This document shows positions 1 through 12,660 of a stretch of 64,000 nucleotides of DNA, one piece after another (position 1 is the stretch's first letter; each line of letters opens with the position of its first letter). The stretch comes from Eremomyces bilateralis CBS 781.70. Its lineage: Eukaryota. The notes below the pieces were generated by a model, which searched no databases, was not told the DNA's origin, and was given only the letters and a program-made list of their open reading frames with translations. The stretch lies in NCBI GenBank assembly GCA_010015585.1, contig ML975183.1; one strand, given 5' to 3'. Made by a program: the position numbers and the translations under genes.

Positions 1-355
1 GCAACGCATGCTGACACTATCTGGTCCGGGGCGTCTAATTGTCGTAGGTCTGCCCGAACCTTGGCTGCCTCAGACCCGTTCTTGATGGATGCAATATCCG
101 ATATCAATTTGTCGACCTGCCTATTGCTTGTCTCGGAGGTATATGTGATTAGAACCTAAGCTACTCGTCAGCTCTGCGAAGTCGAAATAGCCGACCACTA
201 GTGGTTCGCGGTCATCATTGGTGTGTCACAATATACTGCTATGAACACGAATTGGAACCTACCTTCGCGCCTCTGTGGGCGAACTCCAAAGCTATTCCTG
301 CACCTATACCCCGAGATGCTCCCGTCACGATGGCAACCTTCCCTTGTAGAGACAT
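1..355 (-). CDS. Short-chain dehydrogenase/reductase (3-oxoacyl-ACP reductase-like); 5' part only, runs off the window start. Exons 355-263 and 155-<1.
   Basis: Manual translation [38 protein letters not shown]...KVRADL has the TGxxxGIG Rossmann motif. Intron 262-156 (GTAGGT..GCTGAC..TAG). TATAAAA about 85 nt upstream. Not in the ORF track. Confidence 0.9.
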
Positions 356-1307
356 GTTCGAAGGCTAGATTCTTGTTGAAGTAGACGAAGGAATCTGTTT
401 GGGAAACAAATATACTGTGGGCAGTTCCAGACCTCTTTTATACATCGATCACCTTCTCTGCTGATTCATTATGAATGAGGGTCATTGCCCGGAGTTAAAG
501 ATTAAGACCGCGGCGATAACGGGCATAGAACCATGAATTCCAACCATGAATAAATCGGCTGAATCGAGGCTTTTCATGTCCCTATTGCAAAATTTTGCAG
601 CCAGGAGAGGAGATACATAGTGGTAACGATCTGCATGAGTAACGGAATATTTTTACGTTACCCCAGGGGCGCTGCTTACTACCAACAGGTACCTACAGGC
701 TACAGTATCTACCGACCGCTAAACATGCATCTAGGTATCCCTCCTATTCACTTCTCCTCCCGACCGTCAAGCGTCGGGAACATGACGTCGAGCTTCGAAG
801 GTTCCGGGCCTCACAGGCCGCCCCGGGCCATTTCGTAGAGTGACAGAGTCCCGATCCCTGACATGTCGCCCTTAATAGTCGGGATCATGATGAACTTGGT
901 GCATTCGTAGGTATTGAAGAAAAATTTGTTCCCGACATTACGCGCAGTCGAGATTCTGCAACAATCCAACAAAAGACTTGACTCCTGTTCTTGTGTGTGT
1001 ATCATGTCGGTGGTGAGTCCAGACTGCAGAGGCGTTAAAGATTGAAAGCTAAGGCAAGGCACGTGATCGGACTCCGCACTAAAACGAGGCATCCACGACT
1101 CGGCGATCAAAAAAGCGTTTCGTCTTCCGTGTCATTTCTTTTGGCCCCCACTAACATCGGATTTCGGTTTCCTACACCTCGATTGAAGTGTATAAGTAGA
1201 CTGAGTGGTAAGGTATTTAAGCATATCTTGATATTGACCCGGTCCGAGTCGTACAAGCCGACTTTCCCGACTATTCTCAGTGTGACCCCTCCCAATCCTC
1301 CTACATC

Positions 1308-2425
1308 ATGTCGTCCACGGAATTGCCAGAAGCCTCCATGACGGTATCTCAGTTGGCAGAAGAAGCGACGAGTGTCCGCAGACCAATGGAGGTTGATCCT
1401 AGCCGGGCAAAGAAGCGGAAGAGTGAGTGGCCTATTCAACTAGAGTCACGTTTCGAAACTCGAGACTGAACGCATGTATTGGTCTTGATTCTTGAAGCTG
1501 TCGAACTCCGACTCTGTTTGTTTTCAACAACGAACAATGATGGCTGACATGATCCCCCGTTGCATCGGAACAGGAATCACGCAGTCCCTCCCCCCTCCGG
1601 AACTTCCACAGCTTGTGGCAGAGCAGCATTATCCAATCCCAACCCATGATAAGGACTCTCAGCGCCTCATCGTTGTCCTGTCCAATGCGAGCCTCGAAAC
1701 GTTCAAAGCCTCGCATGGCTCCAGTCGCTACCCTGGAGGCAAGGACGAGAAGTACAGCCTGTTAAACAGCGACGAACATATCGGCATCATGCGCAAGATG
1801 AAGCGAGACATCAGCGATGCGCGTCCGGACATCACACACCAGGTGCGACTCAACTTGTTTTGACGCATTCCTTCACTATGCATCGAGGCTAACTTTCCGT
1901 CCAATCGGTGGCTGTCCCCCGTTGGGCATCACCGAGGACTGCAAACAGTGTCTACTCACTCTTCTTGATTCTCCGGTGAACAAGGCCGGGAAGTTACAGA
2001 TCTACATCCACACAGCTAAAGGGGTGCTCATTGAGGTCAATCCGACCGTTCGGATCCCGCGAACCTTCAAGCGGTTTGCGGGACTCATGGTCCAACTTCT
2101 CCATCGTTTGTCGATTCGATCGACGACCTCGCAGGAGAAGCTGCTAAAGGTCATCAAAAATCCCCTCACGGACCATCTCCCCCCCAATTGCCGCAAGGTC
2201 ACCTTGAGTTTCGATGCGCCCATGGTACGACCACGAGACTATATCGAAACCCTGGCCCCTAAGGAAAGCCTTTGTCTTTTCGTGGGTGCCATGGCCAAGG
2301 GAAAAGACACATTTGCGGACGACATGAAAGATGAATCGATCAGCATCAGCAATTTCTCGTTGAGCGCCTCGGTTGCATGCAGCAAGTTCTGCCATGCTGC
2401 CGAGGACTCCTGGGACATTCTTTAG
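1308..2425 (+). CDS. EMG1: 18S rRNA pseudouridine N1-methyltransferase Emg1/Nep1 (SPOUT). Exons 1308-1422, 1574-1842, 1949-2425.
   Basis: Motifs [57 protein letters not shown]. Both introns have canonical ends and keep the frame. Confidence 0.95.
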
Positions 2426-3994
2426 CGGCGAATATCGAGTTACGGATGGCATCGACCACAATCGCTCATGGAGAGATTGTCCGACGATATTGAACTGAGA
2501 TATGACTTGAAATGGTAGGGGCGGGGGCCAATTCCAATGCTGCCATCGCAACATCCACAGCACTGGAGTTGGACTACCCCCGCACGGATTGAGGTTTCTG
2601 TGGACGGCGTCTCCTGTTTTTCCAACCAAAACACAAGGCTCTCAACAGACTCAATTGTTTCTTTTTCTCTGCTCTTGGGCCCGGCTCAAAGCAGCTGCAG
2701 AGCACTTCAACTTGCTCTGTATCTCATTTCTGTGCATGTCCCTTCCGGAGCTGCTTTCGTGGAATGGACGTTTCCAAGTTCTAACAAGGAAGGGTTGGGC
2801 GAGGCTTGGACACGTGGAGGACTGAAAATGCGGTTGTTTTTGCAAAATGCAAGCTTGTCAGAAGTCTCATGATTGAGCGGAAGTAGGCGAAATGCCTATT
2901 ACCACGTGTGCCTAGGTACGCTGTGAGATGTATTAATTAGGCTCTAGTGATCATGAGTTGCCCCTTTCTCAATCGGATCTACTATCGTGCATTTGAGTTC
3001 CTACCGTCGTTCGAGTTATCTGATTAAGTACCTCAGGTGGTCCGGTGCCCGTAGTCTTTCCGGTAGATATAATAACTTAGTGCAATCTGCATATACCCCT
3101 CAGAAGATGAACACGAATTCTTCGATCCAATCGAGAACGCTGAGCAGCAGGTATTCCAATCTCAACCCTTATCAGTTATTATGCTTGTTATTATTCATTT
3201 GACTACACCATCGCCAAGGGCCAAAATCATGCGTGCAGGTGCATCGCAGTATCGGTGATCTGACGCTATGAGGTGTCCAGCCACGCGGACCAACGGGAAG
3301 AGCCGCATCAGGGATTGAGGCCGAACTTGCCCCTTTCTGGACTTCTCCCACATCTCCCATCTTTCCCACCGTCAATATCGACCAATCCATTGGAACGAGG
3401 CGAAACCGGCTTCGATGCACCTCGCGCCCCGGAGATGATGGGATCACAGAACCGCTGGTGATTGGAGGAACCGCCTCGGCTAGTTCAGGCGGCAAGACGA
3501 CCGAGCAAGATGATGGGCATACTTACATACCTGCATCTAAGTTCTGGAGCTCCGTCGCTTGAGGCGGGTTGAATCAGGTCTCGCGAGGCGGGTGGAAGCG
3601 GGAATCCAGCGGCGAAGATTAGGATAGGTAACTAGGCAACCTGTCGGAGGAGAAGGATGGAATAACTGCATCGTCGTGAAAGTGTGAAGGATATGATTGA
3701 GTAGACATATTTTCCCTCACTTTACCGTGACTAACAACAGGGAAATCGTGGGCATGTTTAATTGGCTGTCTGTTATGGAGTACTTTGTACACCCATAGGA
3801 CTTACAGTAGGTACAGTACATACCGACTATCATGGCTGAACGCGGGATTTATTAAGCTCATCCCTCTCACCTTTTGCATGTCTTAACCTCCGTATTCTTC
3901 TTGAGTTCAAGATTCCCTTTAAAGTCCCAGTATCGCTAAAGTCTGACATCTCGTCCGTTTCGAAACCATATACATTGATTTATTGTCATCGGCA

Positions 3995-5897
3995 ATGCCA
4001 CTCGCTCATGTTGCTGTAATCGTATCCAACCTCCATCAAGCATCTTACTTCTATCTGTCGGCGCTCCAACCTCTCGGCTATTGCATTGTTGAACAGCGCA
4101 ACCATGAGATTGCAATGGGCATCCATGAGCCGGAGTTCTGGTTGATCGAGCAATCGCCTGGGTTGGTTCCCCGAACGTATGGAGCTTCTTCCGCTAATCG
4201 CATGATTTAGATATCACCCAACTACAACGCATATTGCCGTTTCTTCACCCTCTCGAACCATCGTCCGCACCTTCTATGCCGCGGCTCTGTCATGCCACGG
4301 CACCCCGTACGCTGCGCCTGCGTATCGCAACCATGATGCGGACTTCAACGCCGCAATCATCGACCTGGACGGCAACACTCTCGAAGTGGTCCACCAGCTT
4401 CCCGTTCCTGGCCATGATGCCGAGCAGCCGTCCACAGCTGGAACCGTAGTCGGCAGTGAAACAGGCAGCCGTGTGCTCAACTGGCGAAATTCGGTTGCCG
4501 AGAGTGTAAGCGATCGAGATGCTGGCACTGTGGTCTCCCGGCGGACCAGCCGACCGGCACCATCCGTATCAGTGAGCAAGAGATCGAGTCCTGCTTCCGT
4601 AGCAGCGAGCAAGGTATCGAGTCCTGCTTCCGTAACAGCTGCACCTGCTCCCGCCGCGACAGAGGGTGAACCACCAGCAAACCGCTCATTAACCGGCGAC
4701 GTGCTCGACCTCGTTACCACCGCCTTCAACGCCACGTCGATCGCACCTAAAACCATCGCCGGCACATTGCTCGGTGCCGCAGCGGGGGCCGCCGTCGCCT
4801 ACGCGATGGTGCGGAGCGAGGAAGATTCGGCGCAGAAGGAGGCGATATTTGAGGCGAAGATGGAAGCCCAGCAGCAACGCACAGCGGAGCTGCGGCAGAA
4901 AGCCGGTCGTGTCCTCGCGCGGGCAGCGACCGTGGCGACCGTCCCGACGACGGGAAGAGGCGGTGATGCTGGGAGTAGAGCTGGGACGGGGTTTGTGGTT
5001 GGCGAGGTAGACGCGGAGGCAGACGGGCAACGAGCAGCGTGGAGGGAACCGATCCGCATGATCGAGGCGCCTCCAATGCGGGTTGAGGGAGTAGAGAGCT
5101 ACTTCCCCCAAGGTAGATCAGGATGGGACGAGGGGAGATCTACGGCATCGTCTCGCCTCACCGCACGGCGCGTAAACTCCATGCCCGTGGATCCGATGGC
5201 ATATCAATATCCCCCTATCGCAGCGCTCCCGCCACCTCCCTCTAATCCTAGGGCTGCCTGGGCAAGCACTGTTGCACCGACGCACAAGTCGCACCGCAAG
5301 GATTCCGTGGTCGGCCCACCGTCCTACATGTATCCCCCGCCCGTTGAAAATGGCGCAGAGCCTGTCCTCTCCCTCCCTCCGCCGGCCCCATCGCACAATT
5401 CCAGCAAACAACCGTCAAGGGAACCACAAGCGTCGTCATCGAGCTCCACGTCCCGAAAGGGGAAAAGCCAAAGCAAAGCTGCGTCTTCTCACCACCGCCG
5501 AGAGAAAGAAGAGCCTCTTGCTTCCGACAATGATACCGTCGCTCCTAGCGACAGTATTTCCATGGTCGGATCGTCGCATTCGAGGCATTCCAAGCATTCC
5601 AAGACGTCGGCAACGTCAAAACATTCGAAGCACTCGAAGCATTCGAAAGCATCCAAACGATCGTCTCACTCCCGGCATTCAAAGCGAGAGAGTTCCGCGA
5701 GCCGAGAGGAGGATGAGAGGAGCGTGAGCACCGTGAAGCCGGTGCGAAGGAGTGCCAGCGAACAAGGACGGGAGCGGGAGGCGCGGGCGAGTAGGAAAGG
5801 CAGTGTGGTAACATTGCCGGAGGGGAGAGCGAAGGAGGAGAAGAAGAAGGCCAGGAGAAGCGTGGTGAGCTTCGTAGATGGCGCGAGACTGTGGTGA
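3995..5897 (+). CDS. VOC/glyoxalase-fold protein with a long low-complexity C-terminal extension. Exons 3995-4161, 4211-5897.
   Basis: N-terminus MPLAHVAVIVSNL..FYLSALQPLGY..HIAVSSPSR..FYAAAL..DLDGNTLEVV is the glyoxalase/bleomycin-resistance pattern. A 49-nt intron (GTTGGT..GCTAAT..TAG) joins it to the 503-aa ORF. Confidence 0.8.
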
Positions 5898-6221
5898 TGG
5901 CATATCGATGGGTCGATAATTGAGGGACACGGCATTCATGACGGTCGGAGTTAATCATGCATTTAGCAGGTGTTTGACGGTTTGAATATAATCATGCATA
6001 AGAATCGCTATTCATAAAATTCAGGATGTGGTTTTCATGGCTTCGAAATCAGCACGTTCAATCCATCAGTAACACCCATTTGACATCGGCCCGTCCACAA
6101 CAGGGGGCATCCATATACCAAGTAACCCAACCGAGTCCCTAAAAGCCTACTAGCGCCTTATCCGCGCTTCCATGTACGGTTAAGAAGGAAGCAGACCAGT
6201 GAGGTCTGCATCTCTACCTTC

Positions 6222-8121
6222 CTAGGCTCCCACTTTCCCCCTTAACTCGTCCACCTCCCGCTGGAATGCCTCGATTTCCGCCAAGAGATCCTTACCCTCG
6301 CCCTCCTCGCCCTGCGTCACTACCTCCGCCGTCATCCCCTTCCCCTCCCCGACTCCAGCCGACGCCGACCCTTCGTTCACCAGCTTCATCACCGCCTCGC
6401 CAGTCCTCCTCGGCGGTGGCGGCGGAGGGCTCGCGATGCCGACGCTCTTCACGGAGCTGGTCTCTGCGTAACTGGTGCGGCGGGCGGTCATCTGCAGGGA
6501 CCGGACGCTGGACGGGCGGTCGGATTTGTTGCGGGTCGGTTCCATGTCGCTGGTCAGGGCGGGCGACGGATTGTAGGCACTGCCACTGCCTCCGCCGGAG
6601 CGGCGCGTTGGGGGAGGTGGTGGGGCCATCTTGTAGGGTGAGAGGATATTGACGGAATGAGAGGACGGTTGTGGTGGTGATTGGGTGGGGGTTTGAGGGG
6701 AAGTGGTGGCGGAGACGGAGGCGGCGGAGGATTGCGAAAGGGTGGAGGAGGAGCGGTGGCGCTGCTGGAAGTAGGTTGGTAGTGACGCGGTTGATGGCGA
6801 TTCGGTGCGGAGTTGGGAGTGGCGTCGGGATACGGGTGGGGCGGGCGGTTGACGCTTCGATACGGATGGTTCGCGGGAGAGCGGTTGTGTGGGATTGGAT
6901 TTGAATTGTGTGGGTGAGGTAGCGGAGGGAGGCGTGACAGTTGGTGTGGGAGGGGATTTTGATGCGGATACGTTCTCGCTGGATGTGTCTGGGGATGGTT
7001 GTTCCGGATTAATATCCGGCTGGGGAGAATGCAGGGAGACAGTCGTTGGTGGTGGTGGGAGGGGTTTGTTGAGGTCTGATTCGGAGCGGTGCGGACGGGT
7101 GACTATTGTGGAAGGTTGATTGACGGAGTCGGCAAACGTATCAAACGCTACCGTCTGAGGTGCTCTCGGCGATACGAGTTTGCCATGTCGATGTCGGGGC
7201 AGTTGAGGCGGAGGAGCCTTCTTCCTCTCGCGTTTTCGACTCGGGTCTCCCACTAGGTTCGCTCGCTCATCGTCGTCAGAGACAGAAATCTCATAGGATG
7301 TCCGCGGAGTCTCGCCGTGGGTTTCTTGGACGGGCTCGAAGATCGACTGCCGCGATAAGGATGAGGTATCCGCGCTGCTGCTGCTGTCCCCAGGGACCGC
7401 AGGGGTGCTATTTGACGAAGCAGCAACGGCGTTCGCCTGGGCATATGATATGGAGGTTAGAGAAGTCTGTCTTACTGCTTCCAACGGGAGTTCTTCTTCC
7501 GGTTTCCCCGTCATCAGCAGTCTCTTGAACGAATCCACATCCATTGTCCCCTTCCCCGCGGTCCGGTCCGGCATGCTTCGATCGATAACTTCGGGTTGGG
7601 ATTTGAATAAGACGTGATGCGTGGTGGAGCGATCCATCGTAGCCAGTGTCTTGTTAAAAGGGTTCGGGATGGACGCTGACTCCGGCGTATCCGAGGGGCT
7701 GTCCAGCGTTCCCGAATTCTGTCGCGTGTTCTCTAGCACCGCTGAGCTCTCTGGCGAACCCTCCTCTAACGTCGGCTCGAACGGATCGCTCTCTTCCGAT
7801 TCTGGAGAGTCATTCGTCGGCGATGGCGGCGGAGATCCAGCATGGCTTCCCGTACTGAGCCGCCGGAGGAGGTTGGAGGAGGGGTTCTCAACGGGAGAGC
7901 GGGAGGGGGAGACGATGCGGACATTCTTTATTTTGGACGTTTTCGGTGTATCTACTGAGCATTAATCAACTATGATTGGCCAGCGCCGATGTTGTATAAA
8001 GCGCACCTGCATCTCCAGGTGCGTCTGAAGGGGTTGCGGAATCTGAGTCCAAGGCAAACGATGAAGTGGCATTGGAGGGGGGCTGTTGGATGGAGCGGCG
8101 GAAAGGATTCCCGGAAGACAT
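6222..8121 (-). CDS. Pro/Ser-rich disordered hypothetical protein with NPF and PxxPxR motifs and a C-terminal coiled coil. Exons 8121-8007, 7951-6222.
   Basis: ATG 8121 (MSSGNPFRR). Intron GTGCGC..TTAAT..CAGTAG restores the frame into the 505-aa ORF. Ends DLLAEIEAFQREVDELRGK. Confidence 0.8.
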
Positions 8122-9404
8122 GGCGGAACTAGTTACAGGCAGCAAAGCATTTCAGAAATCAGAACTAGAGGTAGAATCAAGCATGGGTAGATTGAGAATA
8201 CGGCATAAATAGGTGACTAGTGGAGTGAAAGTGTTGATAGGCAGATATGCGAATGATTATGGATGTCTCTCATACAGTAACGTGGAGCTCTGAGCTCTGG
8301 CGTGGGATGAGCAGGGTCCGAGGGACTCAGATGCTCTAAATGCCATCAGCTTAATCCCTTTACTACAGTATCTACGGTACGGTACTGTCTAGAAAACCAC
8401 TGCTGGGGATGTGGTCAACATGATAGGGAAATATACTTGAAATAGTTGTCCCATCTGGTTGGCTTCGAGGTACCGGAAATCTTGACCATAATATCGGATT
8501 CCACAAGGTCGATGATTAAAGCGCATCCGAGCATAAACATCATCCAGAGGTTCAACAGTGAACCTTCTTTCGGCTGAGTTATGGGTAATATGAACCATAC
8601 ACCTTTCGGATTCAGAATCCAAGGTGAGGGGGGCTTCAAGCAGCAAGACCAACCTGATCTGTGTTCTACCGGTGGTGAATCCAGGTTCTGGGCAGCTGAG
8701 AACCATGGTTTGGCTACCTTATGTATTCTCGGTGACAGCGAGACACTCAGGCAGTCAGGATCGAATAGGGTAGGACATCTGACTTATTCTCACATTTCCT
8801 ACATTTCCCAAATCATACTCTTAGTCACACCACTGGTCCATGTCATCAATCAGCACTCAGCACTCAGCAGGTAAGCCTCCTCACTCCCCAGCAGCGCAAG
8901 ATTAGTCAAGTCCACTGAATGCCAGTTGCGGGTCGCCAGACAATGGACGTCTGATAGGAGGTGGACCGGACACATGGATTACACGAATTGGCGCGTGCTG
9001 ATTCCGGTCCTCTCGGTGAAGCAATGAGTGAAGCAGTGCGCATAACCATGTGCTCGATCCAGGCATCAAGCGGTAGATTGAACATGCGGTGAAAAACGCG
9101 AGAGGAGATGTACGCGGTAAATGGATGGCACGGGAGAGCGAGGGAGATGGGTAGATTAATGCTGCCTAGAAGGGGCATATGTTGACATGTTTCCATCATG
9201 TTTGGTCGATTATGAGGATCCCTACCTAGTGCCTTTCCTACCAATACCGAGTTCGAAATTCCATGTGAATCCAGAACCAGTTCATGTGAATGTTAAAAAA
9301 AGCGAAACTACATACAAAAGTATGGAGTATCAAATGGGAGAGTGAACACAGAACGCACGACGCCAGACGCCTCAGTCCAGCAGAGCTGGAGGCGCGTAAC
9401 TGTA

Positions 9405-9442
9405 AAGGCAACAAGGCAACAAGGCAACAAGGCAACAAGGCA
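9405..9442 (+). repeat. (AAGGCAAC)x4.75 tandem octamer
   Basis: Perfect tandem copies read directly. Confidence 0.95.
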
Positions 9443-10179
9443 GTAATAAGTGATACTGGCCGTACAGTTCCCACTCCTCCACAACATCCACAACATTCAC
9501 CAAAAACATCCTGATTCCCCTCTCACCATCATCCTCGTGCTCTCTCCCCCCTTCTGATATCTGGAAATCCTTTCCTTCATAGGCTTGTTCTTTGACCTAG
9601 CTTGCGCCGTCCTTCTTGTTGTTCTTTTTCCTTACAGGAACCAAAAGGACCTGAACCCTTGGCTGGCTTGGCATCCCAACTTGCACCCTCCCCATTGTTC
9701 TTCACCTCTGCTCCATCACCCTTTCGATCCTATCCTTCACCCCTTCCACCTCCCCTTGTCGAGGTCTGGTCTGTATCGTAATACATCGCCCTTCAATCGC
9801 CTCCGATTTCCCCTACCTTCCAGCTGAACACTACACCGTACCTGTCAGCCGCCTTTTAACCCCTACACACCATCGGAGATTCGGAAGCGCCTGGAGAAAA
9901 TTGGCCCCACCGCTGCCCGACGCTACTCTTTCATCCCCAGATGCGGGCGGATTGTAAAATCAACGCATCTTAATTCCTCTTTCGAGTTCTTCGTTATCGA
10001 AGCTCCTTTGAGGTCAGCCGGTGCTGCAGGAGTCTATCGGCCCCCTACCCTCTACTAATCCCACTGTCGCTTGGATTCATCGCTCTTCCTTATTGGAGCC
10101 CTTTTTCGGTTGTTCTACTGCTCGAAATCCCACCGATTCGATATCACTCGACCCGATATTCCTTTTCAAAAACCTCGAC

Positions 10180-12126
10180 ATGTCTGGCCTTACCCCCGGC
10201 AACCGGAACAGCACTCCGGAAGTCACATCCTCGAGTCTGCGACCTCCGAACTCGCGAACCATCGGCGCAGGCCATCACCTCCGCGCCTCAGCCGACTTCT
10301 CTCCATCCCCCATGGCCGGACGAGGCCCGCTTCGTCCCTCGTCGGAGGTGTACCAGGGCCAGAATCACAATGATGAGGGTACCATGGACAAGGCGACGCA
10401 ACAGTGGATCGCCGACATCGATCAATACGAGGCGACGCTGGAGGAAATGGCCGCCGCGACGTTGGACCAGGACTTCAAGGATGAGCTCAGCGCGATTGAG
10501 CAGTGGTTCCGCGTCTTAAGCGAAGCGGAACGAACGGCTGCCTTGTATGCGCTTCTGCAGCAAACGACCCAGGTGCAAATTCGCTTCTTCATTCAGGTCT
10601 TGCAGCAGATGGCCAAGTCTCATCCCTTCTCGGGTGTCCTGTCGCCGGCCAATTTTGGGGAAAAGGGTATGTCAACACCATGAAGCGACGGTCCGTCTAC
10701 TCGCAACTAACCCTTGGTAGATCCGATGTCTCAGCGATTCAGCGATGCTTTCACGAAGCTGTCGGTCGACGGGTCGCGAAATTCTGTCGGCGCTCGTCCG
10801 CCTCCCTCGCCAAGCGTCAAGCGCAATTCGGGCCTAGACCCGAACACCATCTACTCCATGTTCCCGGATGCGGCGGCCGCCATCGCGAAGCAAAAGGCCG
10901 AATTCACTCAACAGACCGGCATGCAACCGACGTCCAACCGAAACAGTACGGTGGATCGCACCTCGTTGATCGCCCCGACCATTTCCGGCCCTGAAGAAGG
11001 ACGCAAAGAGAACCCGAACCAACCGCCCTCGTCGCCCTGGGGACCGCGCTCATCGAATGCCGCGCGTCCCAAGTCATCCTCGAGTCACCACCCGCCCATG
11101 GGTCAGTTCATACAACCCCCTCCGTCCGCCGGCCTCCGCGCCAATCGCCCGGCTCCCATCAACAGCGACAGCAATATCCAAAGCACGACCCTCAACGCGA
11201 TCGATCCCTCGGGACTTCCGCTCCTTTCCCCGTACTCCGGCTCCGGCAACTGGGCCTCGATGGTCAACACCCCGATGGCTCCAAACTTCCCCGCCGCCCA
11301 ATCCAGCTCCCAAGCCGACATGATCGCCAACGCGACGGCCATGAAACTGGCGGCCCTGTCAACTGTCAACAACCGGATCCAGCTCGACGATGTTCGCAAG
11401 TACCGCCGCACCCGCTCCACGGAGGGTAACGGTCCGGGTGGCGCGTCCTCCAACCCCCAGTCGCACCCGAACGCCAACTTCGTCATGACCAACGAGCTGG
11501 GACAGGTCCTCTCGCCCGCGCAAGCCGCCGCTCTTCAAGCCCAACAACTCGCCGCTCTGAACGGTCGCCGCTCGCGTCCCAACTCCCCTGGCCTGGCCAT
11601 GGGTGGTGGGGGTCCCAGCGGACCTCCCGGGATGTCGTTCGCGCCGCCACAGAACAACGGCTACCTGACGACCTACGATGCCAGCGGCAACGTCAACCTT
11701 GTCCCGCAGCTGAACCTCGCCTCGTTCGGTCTCAGCGCGCCAGGGCAGTTGCACGAGGGATATTTGTCCGACCATTCGGAGATTGCGCGGGGGAGGAGTC
11801 CGCGCGGACGGCGGGGCAGTAGCAAGCCGCCGGAGGATCCGACGGACACGAAGCTGCTGGAGGATATACCGGCGTGGTTGAGGAGTTTGCGGCTGCACAA
11901 GTACACCGACAACCTGAAGGATCTGAGTTGGCCGGATATGATCGAGTTGGATGATGAGGGGCTGGAGAAACGGGGAGTGAATGCGCTCGGGGCAAGGAGG
12001 AAGATGCTGAAGGTTCGTTGCCGCAATCTCTGTCCTGCTTGTGAAATCGGTTGAATCGTTGTGCTGACTTGCTGCGTTTAGGTATTCGAGCAGATCAAGG
12101 AAGCGAAAGCGGACGGGAAGTTGTAA
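10180..12126 (+). CDS. VTS1: Vts1/Smaug-family SAM-domain RNA-binding protein. Exons 10180-10666, 10721-12012, 12082-12126.
   Basis: [27 protein letters not shown] (N-terminal conserved block) and the SAM domain [38 protein letters not shown]. Two canonical introns. Confidence 0.93.
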
Positions 12127-12660
12127 GGAAACGTAATGACCGAAGCCTGGTGGGCAAGAGGAACCCAAATTGTTGCGCCGTATCGAGTTCTAGGGAGATT
12201 TGCTCCCATGTTCGAGACGCACGACAGGGCGTTGGAAACATCTCGGGTTGCGGAGGGAATGCCCGATATTTCGCAAGCATCGATACCAATGGGAAGGCAC
12301 ACACAGGGTGATTCAAAAAAAGATGGGGTGATGCATCGGTGGCCGTTGGAAGAATGGACTGTGGGCTTGGAAATAATTGACTCCGCTCTGATTTTCCAAC
12401 TGATGAATTCCTTTCGCGATGTGCCGGGCGTTCAAGCCATGATACTTTTAGTCGAAACTTGTATCCCTAGACCTAATAATACCATCAAGCGCGGCGTATC
12501 CATGCCCATGCCAGAGATGACCCAACGAACTTTAAACAGCCGTGCGCCCCAAGTAGCCCATACACCCTATGGCCCACGGATCGAGATGCCACTTCCAACG
12601 CCTCGTTGCTATGCTGTAACCGTCGGCCTACCGATCCACTTTTCGGGATCAGAATCTCCG

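Noticed and set aside
156..262. C/D snoRNA in the SDR intron (ATGATGA...CTGA)
   Set aside because: Only about 50 nt span, and the D box is the branch site itself.
811..1110. 99-aa minus-strand ORF between the SDR and EMG1
   Set aside because: Non-ATG start, no recognisable motif, lies in promoter DNA.
10021..10179. Non-AUG N-terminal extension or SRE autoregulatory hairpins for VTS1
   Set aside because: The frame is open but shows no targeting-like features, and I found no convincing CNGG stem-loop in the flanks.
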